Virus record (IMG/VR): IMGVR_UViG_3300002835_000155
Span: 3,862-67,861 of that record
Direction: 5' to 3' (one strand)
Origin: a virus
Length of the DNA stretch: 64,000 nucleotides
Position numbers and translations under genes: made by a program. The notes beneath the pieces are model-generated. The model did not search any database. It was not told the origin of the DNA and worked only from the letters and a program-made list of their open reading frames with translations. This document shows, one piece after another, positions 38,024 to 47,412 of this stretch; position 1 is the first letter of the stretch, and the number at the start of each line of letters is the position of its first letter.

Positions 38024-38655
38024 CCGAACGTCTCCTTCTGAACCTGATCAAGACTTGTCGGTGCGTTCATCAGATCCTCACCCGACATAGGCCGGGAGTG
38101 GTTGTGAAGAATCTCAGCTTCAAGGTCTCGCTCGTCGACTCGCTCATACTCTGGCAGTGCCCGATACTCTGACTTGTACCTAGCCATTGCCACGTCATTC
38201 ATGGCGACCTTCTGACCCTCAGGGCATTGCTGCTCCGGATGGTTCTCCCAGTCGCCTTCGACCCACTCGTTACGATTCTTCATCGCACGCTTGACGTCCG
38301 ATAACGTGTTCTTGTGGGTCACGATGCAATCCGGATCTCCGGGGTACTTGGCTAAGCCTCTGTAAACCACGGCATCTTCCGGAAGGTTGTCGCCCGTCTT
38401 CATCTTGTAGTTCTTCCGGTACAGGTCGAGCATCGGCTCGCACCCTCGGAACTGCTCAGAGACAGACTTCGTGTTGGCTTGGATGATCCTGTCATCCACG
38501 CCAGTTCTTGGTGGGGTCCGTGTCGCAAGCGTTGCCGCCATAGACACTGACTCACCTTTGGCCAGCATACGCTCGAATGCTTCGACCGCGTGAGGCCCCG
38601 CGTTTACGACAGCGTCGTATTCGAGGTTGTCTCTCATGGTTTCGAAGCGACTCAT
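38020..38655 (-). CDS. Hypothetical protein downstream of portal
   Basis: GLAKYPGDP motif; overlaps neighbours. Confidence 0.7.
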   Translation of the reverse strand: MSRFETMRDNLEYDAVVNAGPHAVEAFERMLAKGESVSMAATLATRTPPRTGVDDRIIQANTKSVSEQFRGCEPMLDLYRKNYKMKTGDNLPEDAVVYRGLAKYPGDPDCIVTHKNTLSDVKRAMKNRNEWVEGDWENHPEQQCPEGQKVAMNDVAMARYKSEYRALPEYERVDERDLEAEILHNHSRPMSGEDLMNAPTSLDQVQKETFG

Positions 38656-38846
38656 GGGCTTGACTCCGTGACTTCCACGGTAGCTACCGGGGTAGTTGGT
38701 TCAACTTCCGGAGTCGGTACTTCCTCGAAGCTCTCGTCAACACACTTCAGTACCTTCAGCAACGCTGACGTACCGACTCCACTGCCGAGCTTGTGCCTCA
38801 GCATCATCTCAAGGGCCGACTCTTCGATAGGTGTCAACAGTGACAT
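38652..38846 (-). CDS. Small hypothetical protein
   Basis: Fills the gap with TAATG and ATGA overlaps. Confidence 0.6.
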   Translation of the reverse strand: MSLLTPIEESALEMMLRHKLGSGVGTSALLKVLKCVDESFEEVPTPEVEPTTPVATVEVTESSP

Positions 38847-41032
38847 TACTTACCCTTATTCTTCGCAGCCTGCTCTGCAGCCGCTGCCTGGATGTCCTGC
38901 TGCTCCTGCAGGTGAACCATTTTCTGCAGGTGAGCCTCCTCCTGCATACGAACTTTCTGGCGGTTGAACAGATCATTCCACTGCATCTTTTGCTGTGCAG
39001 GAGCCGCCGCTCCACCTTGTTTGTACTGAGCGTCGACCAGCCTTGCAACGGTCTTCGCTTTAATCTCTTCGGTTTGAGCCACAGTTTTCTGAGACTCAAT
39101 GGCAGCAGCCTGTTGCTGAGCCTGCAGCATGGCAGGATCTTGCTGTGGACGCCACTCTCCGAAGAAGAAGTCTTCGATGTCCCGGATCTGTGCAGACTCC
39201 CCGAACCGAGCGATGATAGCATTCATCGGTTTGGTGTCGCCGGTATCGGTCGCGTACTGCTGTGCAGCCGGAATCAAGAACGGTGCGATCCTCTCCAGAT
39301 CACTCATATCCTTGTCGCGGTTGGGCCGCTTCATGTCTGTCGCTTCGATCCACACCTCGACCTCGCGACACAGTTCTTCGAACGGCATGGCCCCGAGCAA
39401 GGTGTCCCATGCCATTGAACCCCAGGGGCCAAGTAGACCCCGGAGCTGTTCGCCCCTCATGTACATCGCTGCGAGCCACAGCTCCTTCGTGGAGACGTTG
39501 ACTACGAACTTGTGGACGTCAGTCGCCATCTTCTCTGGTCGGACGTTAGCAGCGTTCTGCTTAGCGTTTACGTCAGCACTCACGCGAGCTTGCTTCTGGC
39601 TGACACCGTAGTGGATGTCATCGAGCCCTGTCGCCATCTGGAACTGGTTGTCGAGGTACTGCAACCAGTCCAGCAGGTTACCCTGTACCTCTGGCCGCTG
39701 CAGAAACGACACGACGTCCTGGACTCGGATATTCGAGACCGGGTTGATCTTGATAATCGCAGGGTTGTTCTCACCCTTGATTGCTTGCTCGACCTCTTGT
39801 TCATACCCGTTGTAGATGGCGATGATGTCTCTGCGTCGGTCCCAGCTCATTTCGAGATGGGTAACAAGCAGGATGTTCATGGCCAACAACGAACCGATAC
39901 CCGGACCGAGTACAGCCATCGGCCAGGTTGAGTTGATGATCGGGTAGAAGTCCATGACCTCGACAGGCCACTTGCGGTCCTTCCACAATTCACAGACCGA
40001 ACCGTATCGTGACGTTCGCCACTTCAACGCTTCAAGGATCTGCTCCGGCATACCCAGGTTGACAAGATCCGGTGGTAGGTTCAACGGGTGGGGAACCGTA
40101 CGACAGAGACATAGGTAACAGTTGTCACCGGTCAACTGGTCGATGGCTTGGCCGAAGTCACCGTGGACTCCCGCAACACGAGCACCAATACCACCTGTCG
40201 ACCATACCTCAAACCATTCGACCTGGTCTTGGTATAGGGTCTGTGCGTTCTCCTGCACTGAACCCTTTGTGGCGAACTCGAAACTGGTGTGTGTTCCACG
40301 ACCGTAGAGGTACCCGGCTGGGTACCCAAAGCGACGTTCAACGACCCACGCTGGTTCCTGATGACGCCGGGCGATCCATTTTACATCTCGTAGGAGTGGA
40401 TCTTTTGCATCCGGGTCGATCAGCAAGTCATCGACGGGGGCGTAGAACGTACCGACGCAGGCCGCACCTGTCGCCTTGTCTTCATATGTCTCAGTCCAGC
40501 CGCACCCTCGGCCGGTCACAAGAGCATCCTGAATGATCATCTCGTAGTCAGACTTCACCGAGCCTGGGTGCTGCCGACCGATGTACTCCATCACGACAGT
40601 GGCGAGACTGTTACGCATTGTGCGTTGAGCCTCGTTCTGCTCCTGCTGCTGCTTAACTTGGTCAAGCAACATCTCATCTGTCAAACCAAGAAGCTGAGCA
40701 ATCTGTACCTGGTCGGGGGTGTCAGCCGTCTTAACTTCGCGTGACGGGTTCTGCCAGTACAAGCTCGGGCCGATGATAGCCACCAGCTCGAAGGCTTTGT
40801 TCAAGCTGACCATAAACTGTGGTTGACTGACCGATGGGTAGAACTCTTTACGGAAGCTGTCCTCCCACATGGTCTTGGCTGAGCTGCCGAGGAATTGTCG
40901 GCAGAGCTTGGCCATCACGTTGAACCGCTCTTTCGTTTTCTCTGCAGCACCGAACCGGGCGAACCACTGATTGACCAGTGGACCCAGAACCCATCGCTGC
41001 AGTTGTTCCATATCGAGCGGTTGCATCGTCAA
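38846..41032 (-). CDS. Portal protein
   Basis: 728 aa after TerL; DALVTGRG, DLLIDPDA...WIARR; Q-rich coiled-coil C-terminal barrel (P22-like). Confidence 0.8.
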   Translation of the reverse strand: MTMQPLDMEQLQRWVLGPLVNQWFARFGAAEKTKERFNVMAKLCRQFLGSSAKTMWEDSFRKEFYPSVSQPQFMVSLNKAFELVAIIGPSLYWQNPSREVKTADTPDQVQIAQLLGLTDEMLLDQVKQQQEQNEAQRTMRNSLATVVMEYIGRQHPGSVKSDYEMIIQDALVTGRGCGWTETYEDKATGAACVGTFYAPVDDLLIDPDAKDPLLRDVKWIARRHQEPAWVVERRFGYPAGYLYGRGTHTSFEFATKGSVQENAQTLYQDQVEWFEVWSTGGIGARVAGVHGDFGQAIDQLTGDNCYLCLCRTVPHPLNLPPDLVNLGMPEQILEALKWRTSRYGSVCELWKDRKWPVEVMDFYPIINSTWPMAVLGPGIGSLLAMNILLVTHLEMSWDRRRDIIAIYNGYEQEVEQAIKGENNPAIIKINPVSNIRVQDVVSFLQRPEVQGNLLDWLQYLDNQFQMATGLDDIHYGVSQKQARVSADVNAKQNAANVRPEKMATDVHKFVVNVSTKELWLAAMYMRGEQLRGLLGPWGSMAWDTLLGAMPFEELCREVEVWIEATDMKRPNRDKDMSDLERIAPFLIPAAQQYATDTGDTKPMNAIIARFGESAQIRDIEDFFFGEWRPQQDPAMLQAQQQAAAIESQKTVAQTEEIKAKTVARLVDAQYKQGGAAAPAQQKMQWNDLFNRQKVRMQEEAHLQKMVHLQEQQDIQAAAAEQAAKNKGK

Positions 41033-41343
41033 TCCTTAATCGGTAACACGCCGAATGCTGTTCGTGGTAACCACGATCCGTTCTTACGGTAGTTGTTGTT
41101 CTTCAGCCGTTCATCTCCAACGAGACAGACGCCTTTCACCACGACCTGTTTGCCCGTACCGACGACAGACAGGTATGACAGGTCAACCATGTTGTCATCG
41201 CAAAACGCTAACACAGTGGCTGGGGCCGGAGCCCCATTCAATTCGTTCTGGGCAAACCACCAGATGGTGTCTCCGAGCCACACCGTATGTGGCGAAGAGT
41301 TTTCCTGCACTTCGTACTGCCGTACAATTTCTGCTGATTTCAT
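41029..41343 (-). CDS. Hypothetical protein
   Basis: AGGA RBS; lies between TerL and portal. Confidence 0.7.
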   Translation of the reverse strand: MKSAEIVRQYEVQENSSPHTVWLGDTIWWFAQNELNGAPAPATVLAFCDDNMVDLSYLSVVGTGKQVVVKGVCLVGDERLKNNNYRKNGSWLPRTAFGVLPIKD

Positions 41344-41358
41344 ACTACGTCCTGGGGG

Positions 41359-44157
41359 TTATGGGATGCCGAGAACAATCTTGTCCTTGCGGTCTTCCTT
41401 GTCTCGACGGAAACGATCCTGGATAAACTTCTGGTCTGCCTCCCACATGAGGAGACCGGGGTCTTTGGGAACCTGATTCACCGGAGGTGCCATGAACTTC
41501 GGGTTGAATCCGGCGTAGTACTCAGCACAATTCCCAGTAACCATTACCTTCATATTTCTTCGCACAATCAGTGTGCCGTTTGGTACGGTAGCACAGTACA
41601 CTTTCCCTGAATAGTGTTTTCTCGTAGGCAAGTATTCGTTTTTGTGATTTACAAGGGAAGCGACTCCTCTTCGAAGGTACACCCAGTACTGATCTCGGCC
41701 TAACCCCGTTCTACCTTCTATGTTCCAGTCTTTGCCTTTGCGAACCGTGACAGACGTGTGTTGGCCAAGTTTAAGGTACAACTCCTGTAGGTCACCAGCC
41801 AGAAGCCTACTCGTTGTAGCCATATGGTCTTTACCCCGTTGGACCCAACCATCACCGGCGAGATACCCTCGAAGGAAAGCCCTGATTACATTAGGGGCAG
41901 ATTGTTTGACCCAATCTGGTACCCTTTTATCCCAAGCCTTGTACCCCAGATTCATATCATGGATGGCTGTCCACAACTGCCTACTGGATATTACGTAGCT
42001 GCTCTTATCCCGCACCCAGTGCCACGGTACACGGTTCAATAAGTTTTCCAGTTTCACGACACCGTCAGGCTTTACCTGAGCTATCTGGACGCGGTAGCCG
42101 CTACCTGGTATTTTTACTACTTGATCTATACTGCCTTCCGACACCCACCATCCGATCAGTTCTGCGTAGTCTTCGGTGTTGATTGATGCAGCCTTATTAC
42201 GACACTTCCACGGGCATGTTAACTCGGTTGTCTCCTGGGACTGTACCCCCCATTCAACACCCGGACTCAGCTTCAACAGGTTTTGCCGGGGTAAATCTTC
42301 TGCGTTGACGAACACCCATTTGTCTCGGTCGTGCTGCCGGTACACCACCATCCGGTGGGTTGGTGTCACCGAGCAGCTCACTGTGCGGGTTTCTATCTCA
42401 ACCAGGTCGCCGTCAAACTGTTTTTCTACCCAACGTACCGGCGACTGGTACTCCAGTGTATTCTGTGGGCTAACTGTAGCAAGCCTCTCCGTACGATCTA
42501 CGGTATCCCACGTCTTCCAACCTGAGTCTGTTAACACCTCTACCGAGGGGTGGAAACAGTCTAAGATGTCGTGGATCTGGCCCGGAGCGAGCTTGTCCTG
42601 AACATCCTCCTTTGTAACGGCTTTCACCGTCGTCTCTAACTGTTTGACAAGCACCGGGCACATGTGAGTCACAACGCGAAACCGGGGTCGGCCGCATGAC
42701 GTTCGTACCTGCATTAGTGTACGTAACTTCAACGAACGGTTAACCCAGACGGTCTCACCCCTGAGAAACATATCACCGGTCAATTGACAACGCAAGCCCG
42801 CCTTCCGGAACTCCATCTCGTAATTCTGGAAAACCGTATGGGCGTGCCCCATTGGCGTCTGATCACCTGCCTTAGCGTCTCCAATGAATCGGGCGTACCA
42901 GCGGTGTGGATCGGCTGCTTTGGCTCGTCTGGCCATTTCTCCAGCGTGAATACGTGGGACAGCCATCTCCCGGAATACGATGTGGTAGGGGTCGCCGTCG
43001 TCCCAGAAAGACTCAGGAGGTATTGCCACCCAGAGCAATGCAGGCCGGACAGTACCCGGGTCAAGGATGATATCAACGCACCAGTCGGCTGGAGCGTTCC
43101 AGTTGAGCCGACGCATCGCCTCGGTGACCTTGTCGTTCAACGGGTGTCCATCGCCGTAGTCAACACAGTGGGTACGCTTATTGAACTCCGGGTACGCGAG
43201 GATGTTACCAACGACGAAGTCGCCCATCGCACGAGCGGTTATCTGATCCTCTGACCAACCTTCGATACGCTTACGCTTTTCATCCTCGTCGATGAAGGGG
43301 TTCTTGAATGAGGTGAACTTGAAGTTGGTTACGTCGAGCTTTTTACGAGTACCTGCGTTGAACTCTTCTCGTTGGTTCTCGCATCGCCGGTATAAGTCGA
43401 GCAGGGCAGGCGTCGAAGCGTCCGGCCACGATGTCCAGAAGATACGGCCCTTACGGTCGGACAGACGAGACTGCCACTCGGCGTAGTGGCTGCTGTTCTC
43501 GATTTCTTCGTCGATCCAGATGATGTTTACAGGGTCGCCACGCTTCACAGCTCCAGACGATGCAAACGCATAGACGGTTGAACCGTCCTTCATGGTCAAC
43601 GACTCAAACTGGAACGCTGCCTTGTTAGCCCACGATTCCTTCTCGATCATTGTTGGCGGGATGAACGGTGGTGCTGGCTTCCTCTCGTTGACTGGTATTA
43701 CGTCATCCCCTGGTACAACGCCTGGCTGCCAGCATCTCCACATGCCGGTTGTCTTGTCTCGAACAATGTCGAACGCTCCCGGTTTGCAGAGCAGTCGATA
43801 GATCGTCTGACCGATGTGGTTCAACTGCAGACCGATAAGCCACACGTTGACCGGTCGGTCAAGCCAACCGGGTTCACGCACGTAGTGTTTCGACCCATCC
43901 GAAAAGGTAATGGGTACTCCTGTCAGGTACGACGAGACCATCGCTGCTACGATTGTGGACTTGCCAGATCGTGGTGCTCCTTGTACCAGAATTTCGGAAG
44001 CCCCACTGAGGACAACCTCTTCCTGGTACTTCGTTGGCCTGAACAGTTCAAGGGCGTTTACCCGTTGACGTACGAGCTTAGCAGCAGCAGCGACACCTTG
44101 TTGAAGGTCCTGCCTGTCTTTCAGTGATGACTTTATTCGACTGATGAGATCACTCAT
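41359..44157 (-). CDS. terL: Terminase large subunit (intein-containing)
   Basis: GAPRSGKS Walker A, IWIDEE Walker B, ILDPG nuclease Asp, C-terminal HDILD|C.EY. Confidence 0.92.
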   Translation of the reverse strand: MSDLISRIKSSLKDRQDLQQGVAAAAKLVRQRVNALELFRPTKYQEEVVLSGASEILVQGAPRSGKSTIVAAMVSSYLTGVPITFSDGSKHYVREPGWLDRPVNVWLIGLQLNHIGQTIYRLLCKPGAFDIVRDKTTGMWRCWQPGVVPGDDVIPVNERKPAPPFIPPTMIEKESWANKAAFQFESLTMKDGSTVYAFASSGAVKRGDPVNIIWIDEEIENSSHYAEWQSRLSDRKGRIFWTSWPDASTPALLDLYRRCENQREEFNAGTRKKLDVTNFKFTSFKNPFIDEDEKRKRIEGWSEDQITARAMGDFVVGNILAYPEFNKRTHCVDYGDGHPLNDKVTEAMRRLNWNAPADWCVDIILDPGTVRPALLWVAIPPESFWDDGDPYHIVFREMAVPRIHAGEMARRAKAADPHRWYARFIGDAKAGDQTPMGHAHTVFQNYEMEFRKAGLRCQLTGDMFLRGETVWVNRSLKLRTLMQVRTSCGRPRFRVVTHMCPVLVKQLETTVKAVTKEDVQDKLAPGQIHDILDCFHPSVEVLTDSGWKTWDTVDRTERLATVSPQNTLEYQSPVRWVEKQFDGDLVEIETRTVSCSVTPTHRMVVYRQHDRDKWVFVNAEDLPRQNLLKLSPGVEWGVQSQETTELTCPWKCRNKAASINTEDYAELIGWWVSEGSIDQVVKIPGSGYRVQIAQVKPDGVVKLENLLNRVPWHWVRDKSSYVISSRQLWTAIHDMNLGYKAWDKRVPDWVKQSAPNVIRAFLRGYLAGDGWVQRGKDHMATTSRLLAGDLQELYLKLGQHTSVTVRKGKDWNIEGRTGLGRDQYWVYLRRGVASLVNHKNEYLPTRKHYSGKVYCATVPNGTLIVRRNMKVMVTGNCAEYYAGFNPKFMAPPVNQVPKDPGLLMWEADQKFIQDRFRRDKEDRKDKIVLGIP
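41530..42558 (-). mobile_element. Intein with LAGLIDADG endonuclease in TerL (343 aa)
   Basis: CFHPSVEVLT..GW, TPTHR, IGWWVSEGS, FLRGYLAGDG, VYC...TGN|C. Confidence 0.93.
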
Positions 44158-44780
44158 ACGTAGATAACCTCGGCCTTTAGACCAGCCTCAATCTTATCGA
44201 GGGCTCGTCCAGCCGCAGCCACCACCGCTTCAGCATCTGCTTCAATAATCGCGTCAAGGATCTTCACCCTGAAGTCCGGGTCGGTCTCAATCTGAAGCAA
44301 CGCAGCTTGTGAGGCGATGGCCATGAGGTCAGCCTCGGACACATCGGCCAGTGGGTCCCCCGTATCGCCAGCGAGCTTGTCTCGTGCCTGGAAGATGTTG
44401 ACCAACATCTCGGTCAACCCTTTGGCCACCTTCCAGTCTGTCTCGTGGAAGACCTGTAGCTCGGGATCGAGGTGTTCACCTTTCACCCTCTTGAGATCCT
44501 CTACAATCATCTTGGCGAGGTTACCAGCTCCGCCGAGAGCCTCCTCTGCAGCCTCGGCCATGTCGAGCGTGAGCGGCCGTCCCGATCGGCGTACCTCAGC
44601 TAAGGCATCCCTGAACCCACGCCCGGGCTTAGCCGGAGTACTCGTGGCCAGCACAGCAATTGTGCTGGCTGTCTTTACTTCATCTTCGCAGGACATACAG
44701 AAACCTCTGGGGGAGAGTTGCTTGACCGGCATACCGCACATCCCTTTGCAGATGACGCGGCCCGGGAATACCTCGCTCAC
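44154..44780 (-). CDS. Putative terminase small subunit
   Basis: Immediately upstream of TerL; helical; N-terminal Cys cluster; LADVSEADL motif. Confidence 0.55.
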   Translation of the reverse strand: MSEVFPGRVICKGMCGMPVKQLSPRGFCMSCEDEVKTASTIAVLATSTPAKPGRGFRDALAEVRRSGRPLTLDMAEAAEEALGGAGNLAKMIVEDLKRVKGEHLDPELQVFHETDWKVAKGLTEMLVNIFQARDKLAGDTGDPLADVSEADLMAIASQAALLQIETDPDFRVKILDAIIEADAEAVVAAAGRALDKIEAGLKAEVIYV

Positions 44781-46489
44781 ATTACACCGCCGTAATTGTT
44801 CTGACGGGCGAGTATGTTGTATAGGGCAGTTGTTGCGACTGGGGCGGCTACGCCCGGCAACTGTTGTATCGGCCGCATTGGATTCGTTGATTGCATCGTT
44901 GCCGCGTCCGCTGCCTGGACTCGCGGTTTGGCAACCTGCTGAACCAGAGTCGTTGGGTTGATCGGTACACGTTGACCGTCGATAGCTCGTACCCTCATCT
45001 GGTTCAAAAGGTCTTGATCCCAGATGGCGTAGTTGTACGTGTTGCGGCCCGTAGACGCAGCAAGGTTTTTTGTCCCAGAAATACCCAGTTTTGAAACAGA
45101 CTCCGCATTATCTATTGGTGCGGTACGTGGCTCTCCCCGCAGTAACACCCGGGCGATCTCTTCGCCAGTAAGTTCATCTGCATTTTCGAGGAGGTCTATG
45201 GCTGAACTCTCGTGTAAACCTGTTCGTCTCGCGATGTCTTCGGCAATGCTTCGCTGACTGTTACGAGCCTGACTGGCTGCTGCCAACCAACGCATACCTT
45301 CCGGAGTGTCAAGGTAGTCAGGATTGTAACCCTTCAACTCTCGCATCCTCATCCTCGCTTTACCTAAATTGGTCCGTGAGGCCATAAACTCGTTCACCGC
45401 ATCGTTCAGCCCGGGTACGCTCTCCATCAGACCTGATTGGACTGGGTAGTGCTGCTGACCGAGCGGCTTATGCCAATCGACGAGTTTCTCGTGAAAGTCG
45501 TCAGGAGCATCGAGCTGGTATAGTCTCGCTTTAGGAACCGATGCTTCGAGGTTGCCATATGCAGCTTTGATCTCAGCCGGAATTGGTTGCTTGTCCAGAC
45601 CAACCCCGTCACTCAGTATGTCGTACAGCTTGTCTCGCCCCCTCAAAGTCCTGATGTCAGTACCCAGCCAATTGTTGTTGTCCAGCAATGACACAAGGGA
45701 TTTGACACTGTCTGGAACCGGGTCGTCAATGAACGAATTCAACAACGGGTTTATAGCTCCCGAGCTAGGCTCAAGCTCATTCTTTCTCTTAATCAACGCT
45801 CGGCTGAATTCTGTCAGCGGATCGTTACGCTTCAACTTTCTTTGCACTAAATCCCGGTAATGCTCACTCGTGCTCTCCGCTTCGGCAAAGTACGCACCAG
45901 GCCCGTAAGCGTTAGCACCCTCGCCAGTCTTCAGTCGGCCCACGTCGAACATGCCGTATGGATTCTCCGGTGTCGCAGACGCAGTCCAGTCATGCCCACC
46001 GTGATAAACAACAGGACGCTCGGGGGTGTACCCGAGGAGTTTCTGTGGAGCCTGCTGTGTGATAGGGTTGACAAGCTCGTCAGCCTGGCCAGCCAGTTTC
46101 GCGTTGACGTACCCATACTTGCCACCGTTGAACTCGTTCAACGCAGAATTGTACCAGTTATCCGACTTAGCGATCCTACGACCGTCTAAAGCCTTCATAA
46201 CCCCAGCACCGCTGACAAGGTTCAACGGGTCAAGGATCATCTCGGCCCCGAATCCAAGAACGTCAGCCACTCCCTCCAGTGGGTCGTTGAGCCAGCCAGA
46301 CATACCCGTCTCTTTGTTCTTACCAAAGATCGGGTTCAACATGTCCCTGCCAGACGTACGGTTCTCTGACGTGAACGGTGTCGCCCACTGGTCGAACGGG
46401 TTACTTCCGGCGAACAGGTCTCGCAACGACGATGCTGGTAGATCAAGAGCGTTACCCGCGTAGCTCAGAAGTTCCATCAATCCTGGCAT
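44777..46489 (-). CDS. ADP-ribosyltransferase-like (polyvalent-protein ART) domain protein; N-terminus shared with the ejection protein
   Basis: VYHG...FD....TGEGANAYGPGAYFAE, LYQLD.P, VDW.KPL.QQ, LGISG...NYAIWD. Confidence 0.75.
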   Translation of the reverse strand: MPGLMELLSYAGNALDLPASSLRDLFAGSNPFDQWATPFTSENRTSGRDMLNPIFGKNKETGMSGWLNDPLEGVADVLGFGAEMILDPLNLVSGAGVMKALDGRRIAKSDNWYNSALNEFNGGKYGYVNAKLAGQADELVNPITQQAPQKLLGYTPERPVVYHGGHDWTASATPENPYGMFDVGRLKTGEGANAYGPGAYFAEAESTSEHYRDLVQRKLKRNDPLTEFSRALIKRKNELEPSSGAINPLLNSFIDDPVPDSVKSLVSLLDNNNWLGTDIRTLRGRDKLYDILSDGVGLDKQPIPAEIKAAYGNLEASVPKARLYQLDAPDDFHEKLVDWHKPLGQQHYPVQSGLMESVPGLNDAVNEFMASRTNLGKARMRMRELKGYNPDYLDTPEGMRWLAAASQARNSQRSIAEDIARRTGLHESSAIDLLENADELTGEEIARVLLRGEPRTAPIDNAESVSKLGISGTKNLAASTGRNTYNYAIWDQDLLNQMRVRAIDGQRVPINPTTLVQQVAKPRVQAADAATMQSTNPMRPIQQLPGVAAPVATTALYNILARQNNYGGVM

Positions 46490-46501
46490 GATGACTCGCC
46501 T

Positions 46502-46539
46502 AAAGAAAAAGGGCAGACAAGTCTAGCCTGCCTGCCCTT
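46502..46539 (-). terminator. Rho-independent terminator after the capsid genes
   Basis: AAGGGCAGGCAGG-CTAGA-CTTGTCTGCCCTT-TTTCTTT on the - strand. Confidence 0.75.
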
Positions 46540-46709
46540 CGGGTTAAAGTCTGATTGACTGGTAGATCACTTCTGCGTTGGCGGCGTCAGAGTCACCTGA
46601 ACCGGATTACCAGCCTGAACTACCTGAGCTGTTGAGGTACCATGAATTGCGGGTGGAGGACTGTTGGGCGTCATAGTTAGGATCACCACCATTCGTAGCC
46701 GGTGAGGGC

Positions 46710-46788
46710 GAAGAGAAAGAAAGACCCGACGAGATGCACGTCAGCACGGACGTACGTTGACGTTGACGTGCGAGAGGTGCGTCGGGTG
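46710..46788 (-). other. Long structured RNA element/terminator after the decoration gene
   Basis: ACCCGACG...GCACGTCA...TGACGTGC...CGTCGGGT followed by CTTTCTTTCTCTT. Confidence 0.55.
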
Positions 46789-46794
46789 TGTTTA

Positions 46795-47325
46795 TCAGCC
46801 TTTGACTGCGGAGAACGCATTCTGGAAGAAGACTCTGGCTCGGGCTCCGGACAACGCAGCTTCGGCTGCAAGGCCGCAGTGACCGACTGGGTTCGTACCG
46901 GCAGTACCAGCTCCGAACTTGCCAGACGCCAAGGTCTGTACGACAGCGTTAGCTGTGATATCTCCAGCACCGATCTCTACGTCGATTGGACCTTCGATGA
47001 TCAGCCAGAAGTAGGCTCCGTCAGCGACAGTGTTGCCGACCCCGATGAAAGGGTCAACCACTCCATCACAGCGAAGGTTCGCCCCACTGAGTGCCCCAAT
47101 CGTCTTCCCAAGGCCCCCGCTCTTGTAGGTAGCCCCAAGGCCACTTCCCAAGGTTCCGCCAGAATCGTTCTTCACGAAGATGGCTTTGAGTGTGGACTGA
47201 GAGTTCAGGACATGGGCGTTTGGATCGGTAGTATCCCGATCGAGGAAAGTCTTTACGACGCCAAGGGCATTGTCGTCTTTGACAATGTCCACTTCACCAA
47301 GTTGCTGCTGAATGTTGCAAGACAT
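46795..47325 (-). CDS. Capsid decoration/cement-like protein
   Basis: Directly after MCP; GVVDP...YFWLIIEGP; Gly/Ala-rich. Confidence 0.65.
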   Translation of the reverse strand: MSCNIQQQLGEVDIVKDDNALGVVKTFLDRDTTDPNAHVLNSQSTLKAIFVKNDSGGTLGSGLGATYKSGGLGKTIGALSGANLRCDGVVDPFIGVGNTVADGAYFWLIIEGPIDVEIGAGDITANAVVQTLASGKFGAGTAGTNPVGHCGLAAEAALSGARARVFFQNAFSAVKG

Positions 47326-47370
47326 ATTGAACGCTCCGAAAGATGGAGAAGAGTTTCAGGGAGGAGAGAG

Positions 47371-47392
47371 GCCCGGCCGGTTAAGGCCGGGC
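47371..47392 (-). terminator. Hairpin after the MCP gene
   Basis: GCCCGGCC-N6-GGCCGGGC followed by a pyrimidine tract on the - strand. Confidence 0.55.
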
Positions 47393-47412
47393 TATCGGTT
47401 TGACCGTCATCA

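Noticed and set aside
46567-46674. 35-aa ORF MTPNSPPPAIHG... after the decoration gene
   Set aside because: Short, weak RBS and no motif; cannot be supported, though not excluded.
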